63,575 nt of DNA from a virus (lineage: Duplodnaviria > Caudoviricetes): IMG/VR virus record IMGVR_UViG_3300017705_000681, positions 1-63,575 of that record. One strand, written 5' to 3'. A program made the position numbers and the translations under genes. This document shows positions 9,420-18,847 of the stretch, piece by piece (the stretch's first letter is position 1; each line of letters opens with the position of its first letter). The notes beneath the pieces were generated by a model, which worked only from the letters and a program-made list of their open reading frames with translations, did no database searches and was not told the DNA's origin.

Positions 9420-12400
9420 TATAATAATCTATCTAAATCAAATAAGTTGAGCGAGCGAACGCCAACTCCGAATGTTGAAGTACTAAAGGCAGAATCGTCT
9501 CGACCTTCCCCTCCTCTACCAGACTCCCCAGTGGAGCGGTAAATTGAGACAGCATTAACTTTTTTACTAGCCGCATGTTTTGCGTTTGTAAACAAGTTCG
9601 AGGCTGATTCGTCTAGCCAATTTCTCATATACCCCTGCCAATCCATATGAAGAGGTGGGATAGGAGCATTTGGGAGACCTCCTCTTAAATTTCCAAGTTC
9701 GTCATGGTACCAGGTCATTGACCCTTGAATCCCTGCGGGTTCATTAACTGCAGACGCAGCCCATCCTTGCCCGAAAACGTCCTCCACTCCAGAAAGTTGC
9801 ATTGTGCCCCCACTGGTTCCGTAGAAGTCGTTACCCCCTTCAAGCCCCATAACTAACCGCTCATCCGAGCCGGAAAGGGGTATAGCTTGGCTTACATACG
9901 TTTGGTACCCAGCCGAATTAATTTGGTCCATGGCTCCGCCATTCGTCAAGGAGTTCGGAGAAACAATCTCGTGTGCTGTGCCGTACCCGGCACTTACCTC
10001 TACCAAACTCTTTAAATCCCCTCTGTGTCCTAAAAGGAGCCTGAACATCCCATAATTTTCGTAATGTCTTCCAGTGTTAGCGGTTCTAAGTTTAGGGTTA
10101 AAAGTTGTACCTAACCCCCCTTCACCGAAATAATCCAAAGCTACGCCGTTAGCCCATTTGCCGTTAGGTCCATGTGCAACTGCGGTCAGACAAAAAGCAC
10201 TAGGGTCAGATACATTAGAGTTTGCGGCTGCAGTGCCATTAGACATTTTAACATTCGCCGCATGAATTCTAGACGTGTCAGCGATATTCCACAACATTAA
10301 ATTAGTCGCATACGCGGCGTAAGAAATATTGTTCGCTGTGCCAGCCATGGTTCCAGACGCCGGCGGACCTGGTAAAAATCCACTAGCAGAGTAAAGACCT
10401 TGGTTTTTGGTATCCACGTATAGTGCTGTCAAGGTAGTAAGGGAGGATGCTCCCAGTTGGGAGAATGAGGATGTATCAATCATATAATGATTTTTCTTAT
10501 CCCCAGCCATTGCCGCGCCAGCCTGAAACCACCAGTTCTGATTGTTTACTTTATAAGGGCTAGTGCATGTGTCGCCGGTTGTTGTTGTTCTTGCCCGGTC
10601 ATTTCCTTCCATATCATAGAATACTCCTGAGCAACTACTTGGGTCATACTCAAAAGAGAAGTTAACACCATTAACGTCTACGTTACTATTACCTACTGCT
10701 CGAACGCACATTCCTCCGTTTGTATAATTATTCCGGTGCCATTTAGCCCCATTCTCCGTAGCACCAGGCGTGGCTACTAAGGAGTTACTTCTTTGGTGGT
10801 TAGTTGCATTGTTAGCTAATTTAACACACTCCTTCCCCGCGGCTGTTTTAGAGAACCCATTAGGGAAGAATCGGAAGTACCCAGCAGAAGTACAGGAGTT
10901 CATATCTAGATACGGGTTTTTTAATGACGCGCCAGTTGCTCCGGAGTTGTAGAAATTATCAACAGTGTCCGTTATTTGACCATCATTAGCCCCTCCTCCG
11001 ATATTGTGTATAATAATATTGGAGTTTCTATTAGCTACTAATCCTGCTCTTGTTGAGTGAAGCTCAACCTTAGTATGGTTGGAGTCATTGGTGGTAACTC
11101 CAGGAGTGGAGCTTAAATCGAATCTGTCTAAATCAAACCCTATAGGGGAGCCAGGGAGCGTAGCTGGTCCGAACTTAACAGTAGAACCATCTTCAGCGAG
11201 CACTGGGACACCAAATCTTGAGATTTTAGTAGGACCCGTAAACTCAGCGACCGAATTCTGTCCAACATAAACACCTGCAGTTTGCCAGTTATGGGCTAGT
11301 TCGGCTGTTGCCATAGCGTTGGAAGGTGCACAAGTTAGAGATGTCCAAGAAAGTGCGTGCCCTCTAAAATCTACTTTGGAGTTATCTGTGATTGATACAC
11401 AGGCACCTTTAATAGGAGCAGCATTCGTTTTGGCAGCACAGGCTAGTCCTACAAATTCAGCGTAGGAACCTCCCGTTACAACGATAGCCGGTAAATCGCA
11501 AGTCCAAGATGAATCCACAGAACCTACCATCTTTGCCAATCGTGGGCTAGCACCAACAGAGTGCATGTAATCATATATTAAATTTTTAGCACCGGAGTTA
11601 ATCAACGCTCCGGCACCTCCCCAGGTTCCTAAATTTGTAAGAACAGTACCTACATCAGCAGGGACACATTGGCTTGAATTGCGTATGAGCAAATTTTGAC
11701 CGTTCTGGGAGCAGGTATACGCTCGTTTGTATGATGCTGAACTATTAGCCCAGTGACCTCGGACAGAAGCAGAGCCTGTCGCGGGACCTCCACTAATTTT
11801 ATCTCCTTGATACCCGTATATTAATTTAGAACTGTCCAAATCAAATCCAGCGTGAGTGTTCTCCTCGATATTAAACTGAGTTAGTTTTAAAACTGAGTTG
11901 TTCGCTTTAACTCCATAGTTGTTTAAGAAAGACTCCAAAATACCGAGATATGTTATTTGGGAAGATTCTAATTTAAAACCTACGTCATTTCCGAAGGCTT
12001 GAATAAATGATGTAACTTCATCTAAACTACATCCTCGCGTACGTGGGGGGTCGTTTAATCCGTCCCCTCCATGATTCCACAAAGTTCCTCCGTGTAATTT
12101 GGAAGACTCCAGCAGAATTCCAGTATTATTTTTAACAAAGTTGTACAGATTCCTTCGCTCATTGGGTTGTGAGGCGTTATCTAGTTTGTCGGGTCCTGAG
12201 TCTTCATTAACTGTTTCAAAATAAATCTCTGAGTTTGTGGCGTGGAGCCCTACCCCGTACTCATCCGAACCCAGCACCGTTCTGGAACCTCCTGAAAGGT
12301 TATAATTTCTGTAACATATTAACCCGCTAGCTACAGTTAGCTCTGAATTTTTAACGAATATCCCTGCTTTCGAGCAACGCATAGCTGCGCAACTTTCGAG

Positions 12401-13429
12401 CACAATATCTGAGTCGACAACCTCAAATCCATGACTACGCATGTGGTTTAAAGAGACTCCCATCAAATTGTTGGAGCCATCAGTACACAGACCACGAAGT
12501 GTAATTTTTCCGTGGCATCCTCGCACAGTTACCCCCGAACAGACGTTACCGTATAGATAACTAGATGCGCGGGATGTATTTACAACTGGCGTGGCACGGG
12601 TGTCTTGCAGAGGGGTTACCACTGATAGATTATCGCGGTAATTACTCATAGAGGAAGGGTCAACATCTTCGGTTACGATAGTAGGGTCACAGTCGGACCT
12701 GTAAGGCATTCCACTAAAACCCTTATAACCAGCATCGCCAAAAAAAATACCTTCTACTGAAGCAGTAAGGCTTTTTGTCTCCTCAACTTGGTCAGGACCT
12801 CTTTGCCAAAAACCACGGGCTGTTGTGTGTCCCCATTGTACAGCATCGTAAAGGTTTAACCCAAATCTGTGAGAGCTAGCGTCTGTAATGTTGTACCATG
12901 CTTTTGATGAATCTTCATCAGTGTTATCTCCTGCAGAAATTGTGAAATTCTCAAGTTGGTTTCTTCCTTCCCCGTATACGGAGGAAGCCGCCTTCATAAT
13001 ACTGCTTGCAGTGTGGGAGAAAAGCCTGTTTACAATTTCTAATTGTCCATCGCCCTCCGTAACAATATCAGATAATTCAAACTCCGGCAATGCCCCGTAA
13101 GTACAAATCTCAACCAGCACAGGGTAAGTTAATCGTTTAGGAATCAAATCCAAAATATCATGAATGTCATCATAGATTCCGATATCGCTATCCACATTAC
13201 CAGCGGAAGATAAAGTGTAGGTTACAGTCGCGTCCGGTAAATTATCCTGATTGAGACCAACATGATGGAAAAGAGTGTCTGTTCTTTTTACTAGCTCTTG
13301 TAATGGGATGTTATCTTGCTCCCAATTATAAAAGGTGCTAGCATCAAACATTGTGATGTTAGGGAACTCCTCTTTAAAAACAGATTGTGTTGGTGTGGGA
13401 GCTAGTTGTGGGTATGTTTGGAATGGCAT
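9419..13429 (-). CDS. Putative tailspike/fibre protein with beta-helix-like region
   Basis: 1336 aa, Gly/Ser/Asn-rich, with repeated GxxxxNS motifs (GIFVKNS, GLHATNS, GVKANNS) typical of parallel beta-helices. Confidence 0.6.
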   Translation of the reverse strand: MPFQTYPQLAPTPTQSVFKEEFPNITMFDASTFYNWEQDNIPLQELVKRTDTLFHHVGLNQDNLPDATVTYTLSSAGNVDSDIGIYDDIHDILDLIPKRLTYPVLVEICTYGALPEFELSDIVTEGDGQLEIVNRLFSHTASSIMKAASSVYGEGRNQLENFTISAGDNTDEDSSKAWYNITDASSHRFGLNLYDAVQWGHTTARGFWQRGPDQVEETKSLTASVEGIFFGDAGYKGFSGMPYRSDCDPTIVTEDVDPSSMSNYRDNLSVVTPLQDTRATPVVNTSRASSYLYGNVCSGVTVRGCHGKITLRGLCTDGSNNLMGVSLNHMRSHGFEVVDSDIVLESCAAMRCSKAGIFVKNSELTVASGLICYRNYNLSGGSRTVLGSDEYGVGLHATNSEIYFETVNEDSGPDKLDNASQPNERRNLYNFVKNNTGILLESSKLHGGTLWNHGGDGLNDPPRTRGCSLDEVTSFIQAFGNDVGFKLESSQITYLGILESFLNNYGVKANNSVLKLTQFNIEENTHAGFDLDSSKLIYGYQGDKISGGPATGSASVRGHWANSSASYKRAYTCSQNGQNLLIRNSSQCVPADVGTVLTNLGTWGGAGALINSGAKNLIYDYMHSVGASPRLAKMVGSVDSSWTCDLPAIVVTGGSYAEFVGLACAAKTNAAPIKGACVSITDNSKVDFRGHALSWTSLTCAPSNAMATAELAHNWQTAGVYVGQNSVAEFTGPTKISRFGVPVLAEDGSTVKFGPATLPGSPIGFDLDRFDLSSTPGVTTNDSNHTKVELHSTRAGLVANRNSNIIIHNIGGGANDGQITDTVDNFYNSGATGASLKNPYLDMNSCTSAGYFRFFPNGFSKTAAGKECVKLANNATNHQRSNSLVATPGATENGAKWHRNNYTNGGMCVRAVGNSNVDVNGVNFSFEYDPSSCSGVFYDMEGNDRARTTTTGDTCTSPYKVNNQNWWFQAGAAMAGDKKNHYMIDTSSFSQLGASSLTTLTALYVDTKNQGLYSASGFLPGPPASGTMAGTANNISYAAYATNLMLWNIADTSRIHAANVKMSNGTAAANSNVSDPSAFCLTAVAHGPNGKWANGVALDYFGEGGLGTTFNPKLRTANTGRHYENYGMFRLLLGHRGDLKSLVEVSAGYGTAHEIVSPNSLTNGGAMDQINSAGYQTYVSQAIPLSGSDERLVMGLEGGNDFYGTSGGTMQLSGVEDVFGQGWAASAVNEPAGIQGSMTWYHDELGNLRGGLPNAPIPPLHMDWQGYMRNWLDESASNLFTNAKHAASKKVNAVSIYRSTGESGRGGEGRDDSAFSTSTFGVGVRSLNLFDLDRLL

Positions 13430-14052
13430 TAGAATTCAATTGTCCACCTAAAATCCAAGGTGAACTCGTTGGTTTTAACAATGTTAGCGAAAGTTCGATA
13501 GGCAATCATGTATAAAGTATCGGGAGTTGCCTCAGTGGGATTATTAGAGAAGATTGCGACCTCACATAAAGCTCCTCCGTGCGTTGCATTATCATCGATA
13601 TTGCATGCACTGTCATTAAGAATTAGCCTCCACATAACTTTCCTGTCAGAGACTCGATGTATAAAAGCGTAAGGCAATTTAACAAAATCTTTTACAGAGG
13701 TTGTCCCTGCTGATGTCATGTACGTCATTGAAGATACTTTAAGACCTATTGTATTTTCATCTCCATATTGAGATGCAGGAATTGAAGAAAGGAGGTCACC
13801 TCGACCAGAAACCTGAACATTATCTTGAGCTCTAATAGCTACGGTCGAGGCTCCTGTTCCGATTTGCATCCAATTCGCTTGAAATGAACTCACATCAACA
13901 TTAGGACCTGCAGCGAAAGCATGAGCGAGGTTAACTCCCATGCCGCTTGTAATTACATTATCCTCACTGTAATGCAACTCTTCTGTTCCATTGGAATAGA
14001 CTTTATAGACCTCTAGGTGTCCTTTTATACTGTTAGCGTCGGTGAATCTCAT
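13429..14052 (-). CDS. Baseplate/tail-fibre attachment protein
   Basis: KGHLEV...NVIT...IGTG...EVAIF...AYRTF..IVKT.EFTLDFRWTIEF pattern typical of myovirus baseplate-fibre junction proteins; tail cluster position. Confidence 0.6.
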   Translation of the reverse strand: MRFTDANSIKGHLEVYKVYSNGTEELHYSEDNVITSGMGVNLAHAFAAGPNVDVSSFQANWMQIGTGASTVAIRAQDNVQVSGRGDLLSSIPASQYGDENTIGLKVSSMTYMTSAGTTSVKDFVKLPYAFIHRVSDRKVMWRLILNDSACNIDDNATHGGALCEVAIFSNNPTEATPDTLYMIAYRTFANIVKTNEFTLDFRWTIEF

Positions 14053-14053
14053 G

Positions 14054-17000
14054 TTAAAATTTCAAGCTCCATATTATAGTCAAATAATCAGAATCTTCAT
14101 GCATTTTTAACCCGCCTGCAAAAAATACTTTTTTAGCAAATAATTTCCATTTAGGTTCAATGTAATCTTTCAAGTTATATATGCTCTCTGTATATGGAGT
14201 GCCAGTTGTTGCCATTAAGTAAGGAGGGCGAGCATAATTATAATCTTGTTTTTTGGCAGACCCAGGACCATCAATAGCCCACAACCCTGCGGTTTCAATT
14301 CCACCTCCATAGTAATTTAAATATGCATACTCAGCCTTTGTAAGCGTTAGAGCGTACTTAACCACTCTCCTGTTGTCAGTCGCAGTATCAAACGGTCCGG
14401 ATACAGCAAGACCCCCACTAGAATCATGCAACCAGCTCACGCTCCCTTCATTGTAATTTCTTAAAATATGTCCTCGAGGGGTAATCACACTATACCTATT
14501 TAAAACTCCATACACGGAAGAAGTGGTTGTGTTCCAATTTGTAGCATGATTCCCGTCAAACCCAAAGGTTCCAGCGGAAAACGTGACTTCACTTCCAGGC
14601 AGATAAGTTCCTCGATGGATAGCTTTTTCAAAAGATGGAATGTGCTCTGTCGTACTAGCGTTATAAAGTTGGGTTGTCGCAGTAGCAGACGGGACAAACT
14701 CCATCGCATTTTGAAAGTGCCCATACTCTCCAGGGGAGCTCGCATCGGTAACTACTTGGACGTCACAATCTTGCTCATTTGAAAACATTGGGATAAGCTG
14801 CGTGATGTCATCTGGAGAAACGACTCTATACCCTCTCATATCCCCTAAAACAGTAGTCATGCTTGTTGAGGTTGGTGAGGTTTTTACAAAAATGCCAATC
14901 TTGGCATCCAACTTTAACCCTTCCGGAAGGGTGAACTCTGGAGAAAGGTAGTTTGTAGTGAGGTCATAAACGTGTTCGAGTGTGCCTCCAGCGTTATAAA
15001 AATTGTCTATGCTTCTCCAACACGTAGTGTTAGTTTGGTAGTTAAGTCTGTTTTTGTTCGTTGGGACCCACTGGGTGTTTTCCCCTGTGCCGGACAAAAA
15101 TAAAATCTTGTCACTATGCCCAATATCTATAAAAATAGCTTCCTTTAGTGTGGCTGCTGTGTTAAGGTAATCGAAGCTAAGGGAATACTTTCGTTTATGC
15201 TCCATGCCAAAATTCTCTAAAGTATCGCAGTAAGACACAATAGTATTATGGTATTTTCCGTACGTCGGAGCATACGTGCCATCTTGCGCCCCTACTCTAA
15301 CCCTAGGGGCATCGTCTTGTCCTCCACTAACAAAAATCGAGACTTTTGCAGGGTGTTCAGTTCGTCCACTATGAGTATCTGTATTAGCGGTGTTAACGAA
15401 TTGTGTAGACCATCCCCCAGGGAAAGAAACCCTAGGATTGGTGCCTTCTGCTTCGGAAGTCCATCTCGTTGTTTTGTTAACGTCCACACCATCATTAAAT
15501 TGGGTGGCGGCGTCTGTTAAGGTAACGTTGTGTACCTCTACGTCAGAGCCTCCAGCGTGGAATAAAAGTAAATCATAAACGCTGTCCTCGCATGCTGTAC
15601 GCATTGAAGACGCCATAGTACTTCCCGTATTTTGAAGAAAGCCATTTCCATAACCAACGCCCCAGCTATCTGGGGGTCTAAGTTTATCCATTCCGTAAAT
15701 AGGAAGAACTTGTTGCTCCCCATTTAAATTTATCGTCTGCGCAAAATCCGTGCCTAGCTCATTCCAAGTATTTATACCAGAACTCACATCCCTCAAAGGT
15801 CTGTGCCCTGCTCTTGGTCCTGAGTTGGGGTCTCCATAAACCTCTACTGAGGATAAAGATGACGTGGCTACCCAGTCTCCGTTACCTCGATACATGTAAT
15901 AAGTGTTGAGAGGTTCTCTGTAAGGGGAGGGTCCTTTAATTTTAGTGTTTTTTATATAAAAGGTACCCGACGGGTCTTGAAGAGCGTTGAAGTTCCCGTG
16001 TTCAGGATTCCCTTCAGGGGGAGGCATTTCATCGTCTGCATAAAAAATAAACTCTACGTCTCGGGTTCCCCAGTTCGAATGCGCTACATGCGCTTCCTTC
16101 TTCTTTGCACCCATAGGTGCGTCGCTTACAAAATCTTCATCTCGAACATCGAAAGAAACTTGTGCTGAAGTCCATCCCTTAGGGTCACCCCCCAATAATT
16201 CGACCTCTTGAGTGGACTTTGCGATTTTAGGGTAATGGACGCTCCCAGCGAATGGTCTAGCGTGAGACCCGGGCAATAAGGTAGTTTTGTAGTTGTCGTT
16301 ATTGTTATACCCAATGTCATCCGTCGTTCTCTCAAATTTTCTGGTCTTGAAATTATACCAGTATGCGCGTTCTCCCTGACCAGCTTGACCGTAGGCTGCG
16401 CTTTTAACCCTAAGACCTAAACAAACAGGTACGTAATACCCCCAAGGCTCAGGCAAGGTCGTATCACAAAAATGCCGCAAATCTGTTTCGAACTTGAATT
16501 TTCCAGGGGGAAGACTTGCGTAAGTATTGTTAAGATTGAAGCTGGATACGTCCGTGTCTACAAATTTATAAAGAGGAGACCCGCCAACAGCGAGCCCAGG
16601 GGAGTTTAGTCTCCACCTGACACATTTTTGATGCTCCTCAAAATCGGCATCTGCTTGGGAATTTGTAGGAGGACCTTGAGGACCTGGCATTGTAAAGGCT
16701 GCTGCGTTATACGTTGTGTCAGGGTTAAACCATTGGAAGTAAGCATTGCCCGCGTTGTAGTAAGGTCCGACGGTGAGGTACTTAGCATAATCAAAATGGT
16801 ACGGGTTACTGAATCCCTTATGTACAAGGGCTACTCCTAGTGTACCTGTACCTACGTTGGATTTGCCTTCTACAAGTAGGTTGTAAACTTTCGAAGGGTT
16901 TAACCCTGTTATTGTTTGCGACAAAAAGGTTTGTTTTTCTATTGACGACAGGGAATACCAGTCGGCGGGAGGGTTTTGGCTTTGGTCCGTGAGAATGTTT

Positions 17001-18835
17001 ATTCCCGATGTAGGGAATCCAGTGCATGATGAGACTGTTACCCCTGACGCTGTAGCCTCGTGTACGTGCCAGCCTTGTACTTGTCCTATGTCTAGGTTCT
17101 TGAGTATTAATTTCCCTCGTACTCCGTTAGCGTTACCCGCGTGCCCGATAATATCTAACTTAAACTCGTCGTTATAAAAATCTAACGGCATATTAATATT
17201 AGTTTGAAGGGTTGTGGATGTATCCATCGACAGCCCTTGTCCTAGGTGGGCAGGGTTACCGCTTACACCCCACGTCTTCGCCACCATGGATGAACCAGAC
17301 ACAAAGTTATAGGATAAGTTTTTAGTTACATTTTTACATCTAATTTTAACCCCCATCATTTCGTTCGGGTTGGTGTCAGTGGAAGACACCGGGCAAGCAT
17401 CGAATTTAACCACTAACGACCTGTGGGAGTACGGGTCGTTGAGAAACCCTTTCTCGAATCTCGAACCAGTTTGCGTGTAATAGTCGGTCCAAGGGTTAGG
17501 GAACTTAAACTTTTTAGTAAGTTGAGCCGTGCCAGACCAGTCAAAAGCAAGAGCGCAAGAATTAAAACACACCCCAATATTAGACTCATCTCCGTCTAAA
17601 ACTCTTGGGGGTTTTGCAGAGGTGCCATAAGAATCTACATTATCTAAAGAAATCCAGCCTAAAAGACAGGAAGACTGCAGGCTTTCCCACAATGGGTTAG
17701 CAGAGGTGTACAAAGGTGATTGGTGTTCCCATCCGCCTATTTGGTATACTCCCATAACTTTTAACTCATCGGTATTTGCTGGCATTTCTTCCGATAACGT
17801 AGAGTAAGGGGTTAAGTCTTTAAAACTAGTGTTGGTTACTAATGATTCAACTTTATTGAAATTAGGGTTCTTTAAAAGTGTATCGTCTAAGGATTCCAGC
17901 CTCAAATCGTATAGCCTTACTTCCCCTTTTTCAAAGTCAGTAGCTTTTGGTGCAGTAATTCTAACTTTATAATCAAAAAGCTCAACGCGCTTCCCTTCAT
18001 CAATCCTATCAAAAGCGGTGGTTAGTAAAGTTTCAGTAAGCTCCCCGGGGATAACCGAAGAAGCGTACAGCAATTTACTTAAGTTGTCCAAATTAGATTC
18101 TTCGTGTTCGTACACAAATCTGCTTCTATCGAAGTCCCACACCTGTTCCCTAAGGTCTACACTTAACGAATTTTCTCGATTGATTTTATCTACCCGTACA
18201 ACTTCCATCTTCACAGGAAGGTCGCCTTCAACCCCCAAACTTAACTTATATTTCGTATGTAAATGTAGGTCTAAAGGAACTTCAAGAATAGCGAAATCTT
18301 GACCTTTTCGCTTTTTAATAACTATAGAACCTCCATCCTCGTCAGTCGTTGCAACCTTAACAAACCCGTGCTTTAAAATATTGGCATCTAAAAGTAGAGG
18401 GCGAGGAGGAGTTTTTCCAGGGTGCGGAAGTTTTTTAGGCTTTACAGGAGTTTTATGAAGTCCAAAACTTCCAAAGGAAGAAAAATTCCAGTTCTCCCTA
18501 TAAGGAAGCAGGCTGTAGAATTTCCCACTGACGTCGAGGTACTCTGTAGTGTTAGACCCCCACTTATCATTGTCTTTGGTAAGTAAGTGTCTAGCATCTC
18601 TTCCAGCCATGGTTTTTGTCCCTGCTCCGAGGGTAATCGACTGAATTGTATAGTTGGATACCGACTGGTATACTGAGCTGGCATCCGGAGTGGTGCCGTC
18701 GGAAGCTTCGTAAGGAACGTGCGTAAATATGTCTGCACACGCTACTTTCCCGCTGTGCACAACCATGTTAGACTCTTCGTATGTTTTATCCCAACATCCG
18801 TCCTTTATTTGAAAAACTTCTACAATTCCTTCCAT
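14054..18835 (-). CDS. Large structural protein: fibre-attachment-type core with a ~1400 aa insertion
   Basis: N- and C-termini resemble the 207 aa neighbour; the middle contains carbohydrate-binding-like beta-sandwich segments (LKNPNF, LSQTITGLNPSKVYNL). Confidence 0.55.
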   Translation of the reverse strand: MEGIVEVFQIKDGCWDKTYEESNMVVHSGKVACADIFTHVPYEASDGTTPDASSVYQSVSNYTIQSITLGAGTKTMAGRDARHLLTKDNDKWGSNTTEYLDVSGKFYSLLPYRENWNFSSFGSFGLHKTPVKPKKLPHPGKTPPRPLLLDANILKHGFVKVATTDEDGGSIVIKKRKGQDFAILEVPLDLHLHTKYKLSLGVEGDLPVKMEVVRVDKINRENSLSVDLREQVWDFDRSRFVYEHEESNLDNLSKLLYASSVIPGELTETLLTTAFDRIDEGKRVELFDYKVRITAPKATDFEKGEVRLYDLRLESLDDTLLKNPNFNKVESLVTNTSFKDLTPYSTLSEEMPANTDELKVMGVYQIGGWEHQSPLYTSANPLWESLQSSCLLGWISLDNVDSYGTSAKPPRVLDGDESNIGVCFNSCALAFDWSGTAQLTKKFKFPNPWTDYYTQTGSRFEKGFLNDPYSHRSLVVKFDACPVSSTDTNPNEMMGVKIRCKNVTKNLSYNFVSGSSMVAKTWGVSGNPAHLGQGLSMDTSTTLQTNINMPLDFYNDEFKLDIIGHAGNANGVRGKLILKNLDIGQVQGWHVHEATASGVTVSSCTGFPTSGINILTDQSQNPPADWYSLSSIEKQTFLSQTITGLNPSKVYNLLVEGKSNVGTGTLGVALVHKGFSNPYHFDYAKYLTVGPYYNAGNAYFQWFNPDTTYNAAAFTMPGPQGPPTNSQADADFEEHQKCVRWRLNSPGLAVGGSPLYKFVDTDVSSFNLNNTYASLPPGKFKFETDLRHFCDTTLPEPWGYYVPVCLGLRVKSAAYGQAGQGERAYWYNFKTRKFERTTDDIGYNNNDNYKTTLLPGSHARPFAGSVHYPKIAKSTQEVELLGGDPKGWTSAQVSFDVRDEDFVSDAPMGAKKKEAHVAHSNWGTRDVEFIFYADDEMPPPEGNPEHGNFNALQDPSGTFYIKNTKIKGPSPYREPLNTYYMYRGNGDWVATSSLSSVEVYGDPNSGPRAGHRPLRDVSSGINTWNELGTDFAQTINLNGEQQVLPIYGMDKLRPPDSWGVGYGNGFLQNTGSTMASSMRTACEDSVYDLLLFHAGGSDVEVHNVTLTDAATQFNDGVDVNKTTRWTSEAEGTNPRVSFPGGWSTQFVNTANTDTHSGRTEHPAKVSIFVSGGQDDAPRVRVGAQDGTYAPTYGKYHNTIVSYCDTLENFGMEHKRKYSLSFDYLNTAATLKEAIFIDIGHSDKILFLSGTGENTQWVPTNKNRLNYQTNTTCWRSIDNFYNAGGTLEHVYDLTTNYLSPEFTLPEGLKLDAKIGIFVKTSPTSTSMTTVLGDMRGYRVVSPDDITQLIPMFSNEQDCDVQVVTDASSPGEYGHFQNAMEFVPSATATTQLYNASTTEHIPSFEKAIHRGTYLPGSEVTFSAGTFGFDGNHATNWNTTTSSVYGVLNRYSVITPRGHILRNYNEGSVSWLHDSSGGLAVSGPFDTATDNRRVVKYALTLTKAEYAYLNYYGGGIETAGLWAIDGPGSAKKQDYNYARPPYLMATTGTPYTESIYNLKDYIEPKWKLFAKKVFFAGGLKMHEDSDYLTIIWSLKF

Positions 18836-18840
18836 ATTAT

Positions 18841-18847
18841 TATTTAG
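18841..18847 (-). promoter_or_regulatory. Late promoter-like motif CTAAATA
   Basis: 5 nt upstream of the ATG at 18835; overlaps the upstream stop codon. Confidence 0.4.
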
